A DNA stretch of 64,000 nt from assembly GCA_018992685.1 (NCBI GenBank), contig JACVGT010000018.1, positions 128,001-192,000 of the forward strand, written 5' to 3'. The notes beneath the pieces are model-generated. The model was given only the letters and a program-made list of their open reading frames with translations, was not told where the DNA came from and ran no database searches. This document shows positions 28,430 to 37,331 of this stretch, piece after piece. The position numbers and the translations under genes were made by a program. Source of the DNA: Theionarchaea archaeon. Lineage in GTDB: Archaea > Methanobacteriota_B > Thermococci > Methanofastidiosales > SZ-28-30. The stretch's first letter is position 1, and each line of letters begins with the position of its first letter.

Positions 28430-29240
28430 CCTTCCGCAACAGGTAGTAAGTCCTTCTCTCCTCGTCTTTCATTTCTGATGTCACATTGTACACAGAATAC
28501 CCTGCAGAAAAGTACGTTTCAAATATCTGTCTGGTGATGTCACGCCATTCTTGAGCTATTCTCATGTCCTCCTCCTTGATGTTATTGATATCTGAGGGTA
28601 TTTCCAAAAGCAGTCTCTTGTTGGTCAGCCTCAGGTTGAGAGACGCACATTTCCTGATCCCATCCCTACTCTCAGTTTCATTGATAATTCCTGCCTGGGG
28701 AATCTTGTCCAGAATGGGTTGCTGGAAGGTGCCTTCAACCCGCCGCACCACGTCATCCGCTTTGACCCTCCACTCTACCAGAAGACGATCAGAAACCAGC
28801 CCCCTGTTTAGAGAGTCTCTCATCTCGCCATAATAGTTCTCACAGTACGTGCTACTCACGACGCCCAGTTTAGCGAAGTTGAAATATGCGTTTGAACTCT
28901 GCAGTGGATCAAATGTCCAGGTAACTAATTCCAGTCCCTGGGAAATCACGAATTCCCTCTGTTTCTGCTTCAACTGGTATCCCACTCCCTTGTATCGATC
29001 CAGAACACCTGTCACATGAGAATGGTGGTGCAGTTCTCCCTTGTAAAATGCCAAGAATCCCACCAGAATGCCAACCATGGTACCGTTCTCAAATGCCCCA
29101 AGTACAAGCCCCCCTTGTTCGTTGATCGGCTTGAGCACATGATGAGGTATGACATCACGATCATCAAATTTCCAGATCGCTTTCATGGTTTTTTCACAAG
29201 CCGTGTACTCTTCAGGAGTTTCCAGTCTTTTGATGATCAT
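28404..29240 (-). CDS. GNAT-family acyltransferase associated with NSAR/OSBS
   Basis: HSHVTGV, WTFDPLQSSNAYFNFAKLG, NYYG...SDRLLVEW; overlaps the menC-like gene. Confidence 0.85.
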   Translation of the reverse strand: MIIKRLETPEEYTACEKTMKAIWKFDDRDVIPHHVLKPINEQGGLVLGAFENGTMVGILVGFLAFYKGELHHHSHVTGVLDRYKGVGYQLKQKQREFVISQGLELVTWTFDPLQSSNAYFNFAKLGVVSSTYCENYYGEMRDSLNRGLVSDRLLVEWRVKADDVVRRVEGTFQQPILDKIPQAGIINETESRDGIRKCASLNLRLTNKRLLLEIPSDINNIKEEDMRIAQEWRDITRQIFETYFSAGYSVYNVTSEMKDEERRTYYLLRKDVHEDKSN

Positions 29241-29305
29241 TATAGATCAATACCTGGTGGGTCTTATGAATATTTCTGTTGAACCAAAGAACGATGGATG
29301 AGCTA

Positions 29306-30439
29306 CTAGGCAGACCGCATGTCACATCTCAGGCTGCAATCATCGCACACTCTGGGACACGGTTCTACATGGATGACCACATCTTTTCTGAATTTTTTGG
29401 CGATGTCATCTTCAAGATGGTGGGCAAGCTGGTGAGCCTCTCGCAGTTCCATGTTCTTATCCACCAGAATATGGAAATCAATCTTCTGCCCTACATCCAC
29501 AGCGTGGCAAGACACGACTTCTTTGTGAGCCTCCACAATAGCTGAAATCTCTTCTTTCAAGGACTCATCCACAGTGAATCCATCGATGTGTACCACAGCT
29601 GACGCATTGAGCTCCTCCTCAATCTTTTGTTCCACGTCATCAGCTATGGCATGGGCTTCTTTCAATCCCATAGGCTCAACCTGTATGTGCATTGAAATGA
29701 CCTTTCTCTCCCCGTAGTGGTGCACATTGACACTGTGAATGTCTGTGATTCCTGCGTGTGAAGCAAGTCTCTTTACTTGAAAGATCAGGTCATCAGGAGG
29801 AGCCTTCCCCAGCAAAGTACTGGAGGCATCTCTGGCTATGGTGTAGCCAACATAAACGATAACGCCTGAGACTAACATACCCGAGATGGCGTCAACCCAG
29901 TAGTACCCGTAAATCGAGGCAAGAATACCAAATGCTACAGGGATGACTGCCAGAGCATCACTTCTGTGGTGCCAAGCGTCTGCAAGCAGGGCATGGGAAT
30001 TTATCTTCCGGGAAAGATACAGGGAATAGCGAGCTAGAATTTCTTTTGCGGCAGCAGTCGAGAGTATGACCAGAAAGAAGACAACGCTACCCTTGACTAT
30101 CTCGGGGCGATAGAGACGTTCAATTGAAGAGATGAAGAATTGAGCTCCCACTATCGCCAGCAGAATTGCAATAATAAGTGAAGCAATATCCTCGTAGCGC
30201 CCATGGCCGAAGGGATGTTCTTCATCCGGCGGCTGCTGGGAGAATTTGAATCCTATGATGACTACGAGGGACGTAAGGAGGTCTGATAGGGTATGGAACC
30301 CATCTGCAATGAGCGCGATTGAATTTATGTAAAACCCAACTCCGAACTTGACAAAGGAAAGGGCTAAATTAATCACTATACTCACTGCACCTTCCAGATA
30401 ACCATAATGTGCTCTTTCTTTTTCTGTGAGAGATTCCAT
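29306..30439 (-). CDS. Cation diffusion facilitator transporter with duplicated C-terminal dimerization domain
   Basis: ADGFHTLSD, HPFGHGR, ADAWHHRSD, two EAH...H(I/V) C-terminal repeats. Confidence 0.93.
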   Translation of the reverse strand: MESLTEKERAHYGYLEGAVSIVINLALSFVKFGVGFYINSIALIADGFHTLSDLLTSLVVIIGFKFSQQPPDEEHPFGHGRYEDIASLIIAILLAIVGAQFFISSIERLYRPEIVKGSVVFFLVILSTAAAKEILARYSLYLSRKINSHALLADAWHHRSDALAVIPVAFGILASIYGYYWVDAISGMLVSGVIVYVGYTIARDASSTLLGKAPPDDLIFQVKRLASHAGITDIHSVNVHHYGERKVISMHIQVEPMGLKEAHAIADDVEQKIEEELNASAVVHIDGFTVDESLKEEISAIVEAHKEVVSCHAVDVGQKIDFHILVDKNMELREAHQLAHHLEDDIAKKFRKDVVIHVEPCPRVCDDCSLRCDMRSA

Positions 30440-30753
30440 GACAGATACCGCTTATTGATGCTTTTAAAGGTTGGTTAGGCATGCCAAACAATTTCTATCT
30501 GTTTTTTAATCTCCTCAAGAGAAATTAGTAAACATTCCACTGGTCGGGCAGGCGCTGGTTGGTAGGTCACACCTCAGGTTTGACACGACCTGATCAGGGT
30601 ATCCACGAATAGGTTGGTAACGGTATGAAGAACATTGCTGGGAGTCCTCCGAGAGAAGGGTACATCACCAGGAGCCCGGTACAGTAGATCGACATTTAGA
30701 TAATTTCTGCACACTCGATTCTTAAAAAACCAACGAATAGTGGAGGTGATGGC

Positions 30754-30864
30754 ATGAGAGAAGTATGTTTCATTGATAAAGGAGGAGGAATTGGAGTATG
30801 CACTCAAGACACAGTGACATCATGTGAAAAATGCGATTTCAGGAAACTTTGTGATGCTCACTGA
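30754..30864 (+). CDS. Cys-rich microprotein (36 aa) or gene remnant
   Basis: GGAGGTGA SD, 4 nt, then ATG; MREVCFIDKGGGIGVCTQDTVTSCEKCDFRKLCDAH*. Confidence 0.45.
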   Translation: MREVCFIDKGGGIGVCTQDTVTSCEKCDFRKLCDAH

Positions 30865-31295
30865 CCATGTTGTTACCTCCCAATCCGTTCTCATTTGGCG
30901 TATAAATCCCAAGCCACCGCTTGGACACCAGCACGCCCTGCTGAAGTGAGCATTCAAAACAGTAGCAGAAGAGAAGTAAGAATGCTTGAGATTGTAAATT
31001 TGCTCAGGACGTGACAATGGCATACTTGAGGCTCAGTAGTTGAACGACGGCCATATTCATTAAAGAGCACCTCGAAGACATAAAGAGAAATGTGGGAGCA
31101 GTTGAGACACGCAGTAGGAGGAGAGGGAATAGGAGATTAGGCAGAGGGCAAGAAACGAGTGAGGTACACAGATAAAGGAAAGAGCCAAAAATCAAGCTAG
31201 GCACACACCCATAGCGAATACCGATTATCTGGTTTACAACAAAGATCAGCATCCAAAGATTTAAAAATACAACTATCTCATTAAGAAATGAATAG

Positions 31296-32381
31296 GTGGT
31301 TAGCATAATTGGTGAAACTTCAACATTAGAGAATCTAGCCAAGAAGTATAGAATTGAAGACTTTGAGAGACTCTTTAGTTTTATCACTACAGAATATGTT
31401 GAAGACACCACTTCTGGAATGAAGGCATTCCTATTTATAAGTAAATATGGTATCCCGGAATGGAGCAAGATAAGGAAGAGAAATGCCAGAATTGATGTTT
31501 CGATCATCAAGGAAGGCGATGATTTGTACACGATGACTCTCAATCGCGTGGACAGACACATTCGATGTTTCTTCATAGCAACAGAAGTCAATAGCAACAT
31601 CTTCTTGCTAATCACGGATGAAAAGATGATAGAAAACATTAAACCAACTCTGGATGTCTTCCTGAATTCTCTGTATCCTCATGTCCACAGGATTTACTTG
31701 AGAAACCTAGACATGGATTTGATAATTAACAAGTTGAAGGAGCTTTATAATACAGTTTTTATCAGTGAGATAAGAGCAGAGAATGATAAAGGGTTGTCGC
31801 ATTTTGACAAAGAAGAGGCAAATCGAAACTATTTGGAAAGAGAACACGAGGAAAGCAGACTGAAGGGTAAGGCAATCAAGCTTATGAAACTTTTATGTAG
31901 AGACGAGAGGAATCGATTAATTCTCGGAACAACAATCAAAAGAGACGGCTCATCAACTCTGAATTCTGGTGACCTGCAGTTCTTCAAATCAGATATCATT
32001 GACAATATCTCATTATTATTGGAAAATAATAACCAAAAACTCAAAGGAAGAGAACGTAAATTTGATGAAATACTCAATCAAGTAGTCATCAAGCCTATCT
32101 TCCTCAAGTACAAGAACAGATTCAATGAAAGTCAAATCTGCTTAATTAGAAAGGTCCTTGAGAAACCCAACTTTTCAAGTGAGACGTCTTTCTCTTCAAA
32201 TCCATATTTTTCCGCAACGGTGCTCGATAACCGAGATTTTTCAACTTTCGACTTGAATATTGTTGATAATGTCATAGCTCTAATCCCCAGAGCTGCGATG
32301 TCATCCTCTTCCTTGTCGGAATTCTGTGATCTGATTTTAACAAGATTGGGTGAACCTGAAAGTATTGATATCGGGGAGTGA
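31296..32381 (+). CDS. Hypothetical protein (361 aa), first gene of an AT-rich two-gene module
   Basis: Long ORF in AT-rich DNA, adjacent to the nuclease-like gene; no motif recognised. Confidence 0.8.
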   Translation: MVSIIGETSTLENLAKKYRIEDFERLFSFITTEYVEDTTSGMKAFLFISKYGIPEWSKIRKRNARIDVSIIKEGDDLYTMTLNRVDRHIRCFFIATEVNSNIFLLITDEKMIENIKPTLDVFLNSLYPHVHRIYLRNLDMDLIINKLKELYNTVFISEIRAENDKGLSHFDKEEANRNYLEREHEESRLKGKAIKLMKLLCRDERNRLILGTTIKRDGSSTLNSGDLQFFKSDIIDNISLLLENNNQKLKGRERKFDEILNQVVIKPIFLKYKNRFNESQICLIRKVLEKPNFSSETSFSSNPYFSATVLDNRDFSTFDLNIVDNVIALIPRAAMSSSSLSEFCDLILTRLGEPESIDIGE

Positions 32382-33909
32382 TTCCATTTTTGACAATTAT
32401 GAGAGTGATTTGAAAAGAGAGATGGAACAGAGATTCGAGGAAATAGATTGGAGAGTCAAGAACTACAAACACAATAAGAGTGTCACAACTTTTCTCAAAG
32501 GAGAATTAGAAAAAAGAGGACTGAAGTTCATAGGAGAAGATATATCCCTACAAAATGTTAATAGAAGAGTTTGTAGGCCGGATTTGGCCTTCTTATGTGA
32601 AGACGATTTCGCTATCTTGATAGAAATAAAATCATCTCTGCCTAATCATCATGATATTTCAAGAACAGAAATCCAGAGTATTGGCCAAGGAGAAGACGAA
32701 TATTTTAACATGTTCGTGAAAGAGATGCAAGAAAAAGAAAATTGCTTTGAGAAACTCATAGACTATGTTAGACATGAGATAATTTTTGTAGTCCATGATC
32801 AAGACAAACATAAATTCAGCGAAATGGTCTTTCCTCCCAATTCAAGAAAAGAACTGACTTTTATGCTAGCACGAGACTATAATTTCCAATTATGGTATTG
32901 GGTGTTTCAGAGAGACAAAAGAGACAGAGAGATTATCAAGGTTGAGCCTTTGAAGAGAACGCAATCAAGTTGTCAGAAACTCACACAAATCCCCCATCTA
33001 CAGACCAAATCTCATGGAGATTTCATTTATGCAATGGAGTCAGTGAAATTCATTCATGAAAAACCCGTAACTGAGTATACAATGGCATACTTACTCACAA
33101 ATCTTCAAGGATTAATTAGAAAACACACATCTGAAGCTGAACCAGATACATATGTATGGAAAAGCGCCGATGATATCCATGAGATAATACTTGTTAATCA
33201 TGAATCCTTGTTCGGGCCAATTCCAAAAAAGGGGTGGATCAAAGAAGCTCTCGAAGAATTAGTTGAATTGGGATATGTAGAGAAAAGACATTACAAAGAT
33301 GATCAATATAAAATCCCTCTCGCGAGGAGATGGGCACCAAAGACCATTTATGAGAAGTTCGCAGAACAACAGATTCTGAAAAAATATGGCCTTCTAAAAA
33401 AAAGAATTATGTCAAGAAAAAGGAGGTCAGTAGAGGAGTTTTTTATTCCAAATGCTACCTACAATCAGGTCAAAGACATTGTCCTTAGGGTGTATGAATC
33501 TGGAGGAATAATCACAAAGGATGAACTCAAAGAGAAGCGAAATAGTGCTGATATTCATCAGGAAAAGAACGTTGCTTGTTACCTAGATCTTATCGAGGAA
33601 AAAGACGGGGAAATCCTCATTACAAAGTTAGGAGCAAAATACGCAGAATCTGACGATTCTGGACAAAAAGGAATTTTCCATGACTCTGCAAATAATAAGA
33701 TCCCTCTTTATCATTTTATTTTCGAAAAACTTAGTGAAGAGAGATTCCTAACAAAGGAACAAGTATGCGATGAAATCCAGAGTAGAAGGGATGATCCATA
33801 TTCAAGAAAATCCATAATAGCAATTACAAACACGATCATGAATTGGCTCAAAACCACAGGCCATTGCCGTTACGAAAGGAGAAAAAAGGGATATTATTTT
33901 GTTCAATAG
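32350..33909 (+). CDS. Putative PD-(D/E)XK nuclease with winged-helix domains
   Basis: RPDLAFLCEDDFAILIEIKSS motif; wHTH-like IKEALEELVELGYVEK and YLDLIEEKDGEILITKLG. True start may be the ATT at 32386. Confidence 0.7.
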   Translation: MNLKVLISGSDSIFDNYESDLKREMEQRFEEIDWRVKNYKHNKSVTTFLKGELEKRGLKFIGEDISLQNVNRRVCRPDLAFLCEDDFAILIEIKSSLPNHHDISRTEIQSIGQGEDEYFNMFVKEMQEKENCFEKLIDYVRHEIIFVVHDQDKHKFSEMVFPPNSRKELTFMLARDYNFQLWYWVFQRDKRDREIIKVEPLKRTQSSCQKLTQIPHLQTKSHGDFIYAMESVKFIHEKPVTEYTMAYLLTNLQGLIRKHTSEAEPDTYVWKSADDIHEIILVNHESLFGPIPKKGWIKEALEELVELGYVEKRHYKDDQYKIPLARRWAPKTIYEKFAEQQILKKYGLLKKRIMSRKRRSVEEFFIPNATYNQVKDIVLRVYESGGIITKDELKEKRNSADIHQEKNVACYLDLIEEKDGEILITKLGAKYAESDDSGQKGIFHDSANNKIPLYHFIFEKLSEERFLTKEQVCDEIQSRRDDPYSRKSIIAITNTIMNWLKTTGHCRYERRKKGYYFVQ

Positions 33910-34020
33910 TGGGAAAAGAAGGAATCGAGTAGAATTAATCCCAGAATCGACAAATCTTATACAAAAAGAGGTTTAGCCTTTCAAAGAGGATACTTGCCTA
34001 TGATTATCAAATTGTGAATC

Positions 34021-35224
34021 TCACGAGAGTGTACAAGAATCATCTACATGTTGATCAACAATCAGCTCAGCAAACGTCATTAACGTAACATGACCATACT
34101 CAATGACAACGGCATTGAACAGGTAATACCCGTTTCGAATTAATAACCCAAAGAGAACAAAGAACCACCTTACTGAGAAATCCTTACATGTGGTCTTGGT
34201 TCTTACCTCTCCAAGCATACGATATGATGTCTCCACTGTCCACCTGTTCCGGTATAGTTCACACAGTTTCTCAATTTGCTCAGCATCTACTGCTAAATTG
34301 GTAACAAAGGCATATACTTCCTTCTTCCTCTCATTACCCTTCTCCTTGACAGTCTCAATGAGTATTAATGTCATGTCAACAGTCTTATTCCTGCTTCCCA
34401 ACGTGTAAGGCATGACAACGGGATAATCTCTGTTTTCCTTGATTATCTTCTGTATCTTGGTGTTCTTAATGGCGGGCATTAAGTACTTCAATCCAAGTTT
34501 CTCAAAAGTCTTAATGCATGGAACGCTAAAGAATCCCCTATCCACGTATGTTACCCCAATATGACCGTCTATGTACTTCAATGCCTTTACTAACATCTCT
34601 TCCAGCGTCTTTGGAGTGGAAGATAATTGAGTCATTGGCGTTGCAGAAAGCGTATATCTATCCTTCTGCGCAGTGACACACTGTCATGTACCTGAATGCG
34701 TAATTCGTTCCCAATTTCCGCTTCGTTCCTATGATTCCCCTTGTATTTCTCTTCCCGTAGAATGGTATGTCGTGAATGTCAATGGCTAAATCCACCCATC
34801 CTTTGAACACTCTCGCCTTTACGGCGGATTCAAGCAATTTCCTATTAGCCTCTTCATATCTGTTGATCCATTCTCTCGTGTCTACCTTCTTGGCTCTGTT
34901 AAAGACTGTATCAGAGGTTGGATAGCTCGGAACGACAATTCCCCTCACAATCTTAGGTTTCAGTAGATTAAGACTATTCACCGTGTCTTCAAGGCAGGTA
35001 TTTCTCTTTCCAGCCTGCACAACTACGTCTAATATCTCACCAGAAGTCCACTGTAAATTATGCCGTCCAGGCAGCTCCAGAAAAGGATACACTATTCTTT
35101 TTATCTTCCTGACTGTGTGGTCAGAAATCTCTCTAAAACTCTTACCGCTCCCAACGGGGAGCATACTTTTATATTCCCTCTCACCAATTGGTGAATCGGT
35201 GGAGGTGATTTTCTTTGGGTACAT
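34021..35224 (-). pseudogene. Frameshifted ISH3-family (IS4-like DDE) transposase
   Basis: Two ORFs (34658-35224, 34021-34635) carry LAIDIHDIPFYG, GTNYAFRY, YVDRGFFS and YRNRWTVETSYR; a frameshift near 34660 joins ...EG to RYTLSATPM. Confidence 0.85.
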
Positions 35225-35241
35225 ATTGGATCACCTTCGCC

Positions 35242-35280
35242 CCCCACAGAGGCTTTTCTTGCAGGAATCCCTCTGTGGGG
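35242..35280. repeat. Inverted repeat/hairpin in the transposase leader
   Basis: CCCCACAGAGG (35242-35252) and CCTCTGTGGGG (35270-35280) form a perfect 11-bp stem. Confidence 0.7.
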
Positions 35281-35572
35281 TTATGCGATTTATTTCATTT
35301 CTTCATTGGCAGCTTTCACTACCATTATCAGTTGAATAGCATTACTATATAAATGAAATCCGTCAGAGCACAGGAAAAATAATACTATATCGCATATAGT
35401 AAATGATGAATCTACAGAATCTTCTCATTTTGCATATTGTGTTAATGATGGATGAATGAAATATACGATGTTCTTTGACAAAAAAATAATAATGATAAAA
35501 ATACTATTCACTCAATCAAGATAAAAATAAAGAATTACATATTTAAAAAAATAAAAAAAGAAATAATAAACC

Positions 35573-35734
35573 TTATTGGAGAAGGTCTATTACTATTCCA
35601 AAGAGTCTATCTATCGCTTTCTGCACAAATTTCAGTGATGGAATGAGCTGTCCATGATTGTGCAAGTTGTCAACCACTATGCCAACACCGAATGCAATCG
35701 CAATAGCTATAATCCATCTCAGCCATCTGTTGAT
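35573..35734 (-). CDS. Small membrane protein (53 aa) with probable ATC start
   Basis: AGGAGGTGA SD, 4 nt, ATC; (M)NRWLRWIIAIAIAFGVGIVVDNLHNHGQLIPSLKFVQKAIDRLFGIVIDLLQ*; followed by a long T-rich tract. Confidence 0.55.
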   Translation of the reverse strand: MNRWLRWIIAIAIAFGVGIVVDNLHNHGQLIPSLKFVQKAIDRLFGIVIDLLQ

Positions 35735-36149
35735 TGTATCACCTCCTCAAAGCCTTTTCGAGGGAGGTGTATCCCACATTTTTCAAATTCCGCCCCACTG
35801 TAATTCAGAAACACAAGATTTATATACTTGCAGTTAGATGAACTACATGTTACAAGTGAACATTTCTGTGGGAGGGAATTCGTGTTTAGAGATTTTCCTC
35901 CCTATTTAATTAAATATTTACTCGGTTTATAAAGGTTACGATTTTTTATATATAATTTTGAGAACATTTGCTACTTGGTAACCATTTTGGATAGTAGATT
36001 TCATAGAGTGGTTTTTCCATCAGATATGTAGGTTAAATCAACATTCAATTCAATCCAGATATTTCCTCATGCAAGACATGAAATTTCTTACCGTGTCAAA
36101 ATTACAATTCTCGAATAAATAGAGTGATTGATCAGAGTTTTTATCAAAG

Positions 36150-36335
36150 GTGATTATAATGAGCAATGTTAAGAATAAGAAATCAAGGAACGAACAACAA
36201 AAGGAGAATGAATCAGATAAAAGAGATTATTCGGATAGAGAAGATGAAATATTCAATATTGGTAGAGACTCTTTTTACCCACCAAAGAAAAGAAGGACTT
36301 CACATTATTCACGTAAGAAGAACACACATTTTTAG
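36150..36335 (+). CDS. Small basic hypothetical protein
   Basis: AAGGTGA SD before the ATG at 36159; highly charged, no motif. Confidence 0.4.
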   Translation: MIIMSNVKNKKSRNEQQKENESDKRDYSDREDEIFNIGRDSFYPPKKRRTSHYSRKKNTHF

Positions 36336-36391
36336 TAAATGAAAAAAAGAAATGAAAAAAAAGAACGATTTCTTCCTTGATTATCTTAGGA

Positions 36392-36637
36392 TTAACCAGC
36401 TCCAAATAGGAGAAGTCCTCCAATGAGAGCCATTATACCACTCGGAATCCATACAATAAATGGTGAGGTAAATCTCTGTTCACTTATCCATTGAGTGACT
36501 TCCGGTAGGTATCTAAATATCCATTGGGGTAGATTGTTGAGGAGCCATGAAGCACCATTTGTGTGAAACCAGATGTTCACAAATGCAGACAAGAGGAATA
36601 TTACTCCTATGGAAGGAACAATATCTTCTCTCCTCAT
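36392..36637 (-). CDS. Small two-TM membrane protein
   Basis: GAGGTGA SD, 4 nt, ATG; two hydrophobic segments; T-rich tract downstream. Confidence 0.65.
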   Translation of the reverse strand: MRREDIVPSIGVIFLLSAFVNIWFHTNGASWLLNNLPQWIFRYLPEVTQWISEQRFTSPFIVWIPSGIMALIGGLLLFGAG

Positions 36638-36894
36638 GTTATCACCTCTATTTCTTTTAGTAAACTCCCCAACAGATGTGCTTTGACTGTCCTCCGATGT
36701 TTATTGTAGGATTTACAATCCTCAAACCATACCTTTTTAAGGAATGGTGCCTCTATATGGGATGCTTGAGTTATGAATGGAAACTCTCTATCTTCTATCT
36801 GTTGGGGAGTTTCCATATCTACATTTGCGGGCCTCCTTTTATACTTATCTGTCAAATAATCTTTCGAAAGACTAACCTTGGAGAAATAAATCAT
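36634..36894 (-). CDS. Hypothetical protein or degraded gene fragment
   Basis: Stop overlaps the next gene's ATG (ATGA); no clear SD; upstream frames interrupted. Confidence 0.35.
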   Translation of the reverse strand: MIYFSKVSLSKDYLTDKYKRRPANVDMETPQQIEDREFPFITQASHIEAPFLKKVWFEDCKSYNKHRRTVKAHLLGSLLKEIEVIT

Positions 36895-37331
36895 GAAATA
36901 CGTATTTTTCTATACCCATGCCGGCTGATTGTAATGGGTTAAAACCGCACTTTTCTCACACATATTAATAGTCATCCTCCATTCTGAAGACAGTAATTTT
37001 GAAAATGTCTATCTAGTTTTAATTTCTGAGATTATTAATTAAAATGGACTTATTCATCGTGGAATTATATGCTATATATAACACTATATAATCATTATAG
37101 CAAATACGGAAAATTTTTATTCATAAAACTGTCTCATATCAGGGAGATATGATAAATATTGTTGTAGTGATATTCACAATATGTGTGCAGTAATTTTCTA
37201 CATTCGGAACTACTGCGGTAACCACAACCTTTATAAGTGTCCTCCAATACTGGCTCCAAAGGTGTGTGATATGTGCCAATTTTGATATGTCGGCCCGAAT
37301 TAGATTCAACCACTTATTCTGAGGTGTTTTC

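Noticed and set aside
30474-30489. GTTAGGCATGCCAAAC imperfect palindrome resembling an integron core site
   Set aside because: It is a single occurrence with no integrase or attC array. It could at most be a regulator site for the CDF gene.
30540-30720. GC-richer intergenic stretch with a small hairpin (TCAGGT...ACCTGA), considered as a possible ncRNA
   Set aside because: The stem is only 6 bp and there are no SRP, RNase P or riboswitch motifs; support is insufficient.
31004-31639. 211-aa hydrophobic minus-strand ORF
   Set aside because: It is antisense to the 31296 gene and to a purine-rich tract. The hydrophobicity is the expected shadow of an A-rich plus strand.
34658-34660. TAG inside the transposase as possible pyrrolysine or read-through
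   Set aside because: The homologous sequence continues in a different frame, so this is a frameshift rather than recoding.
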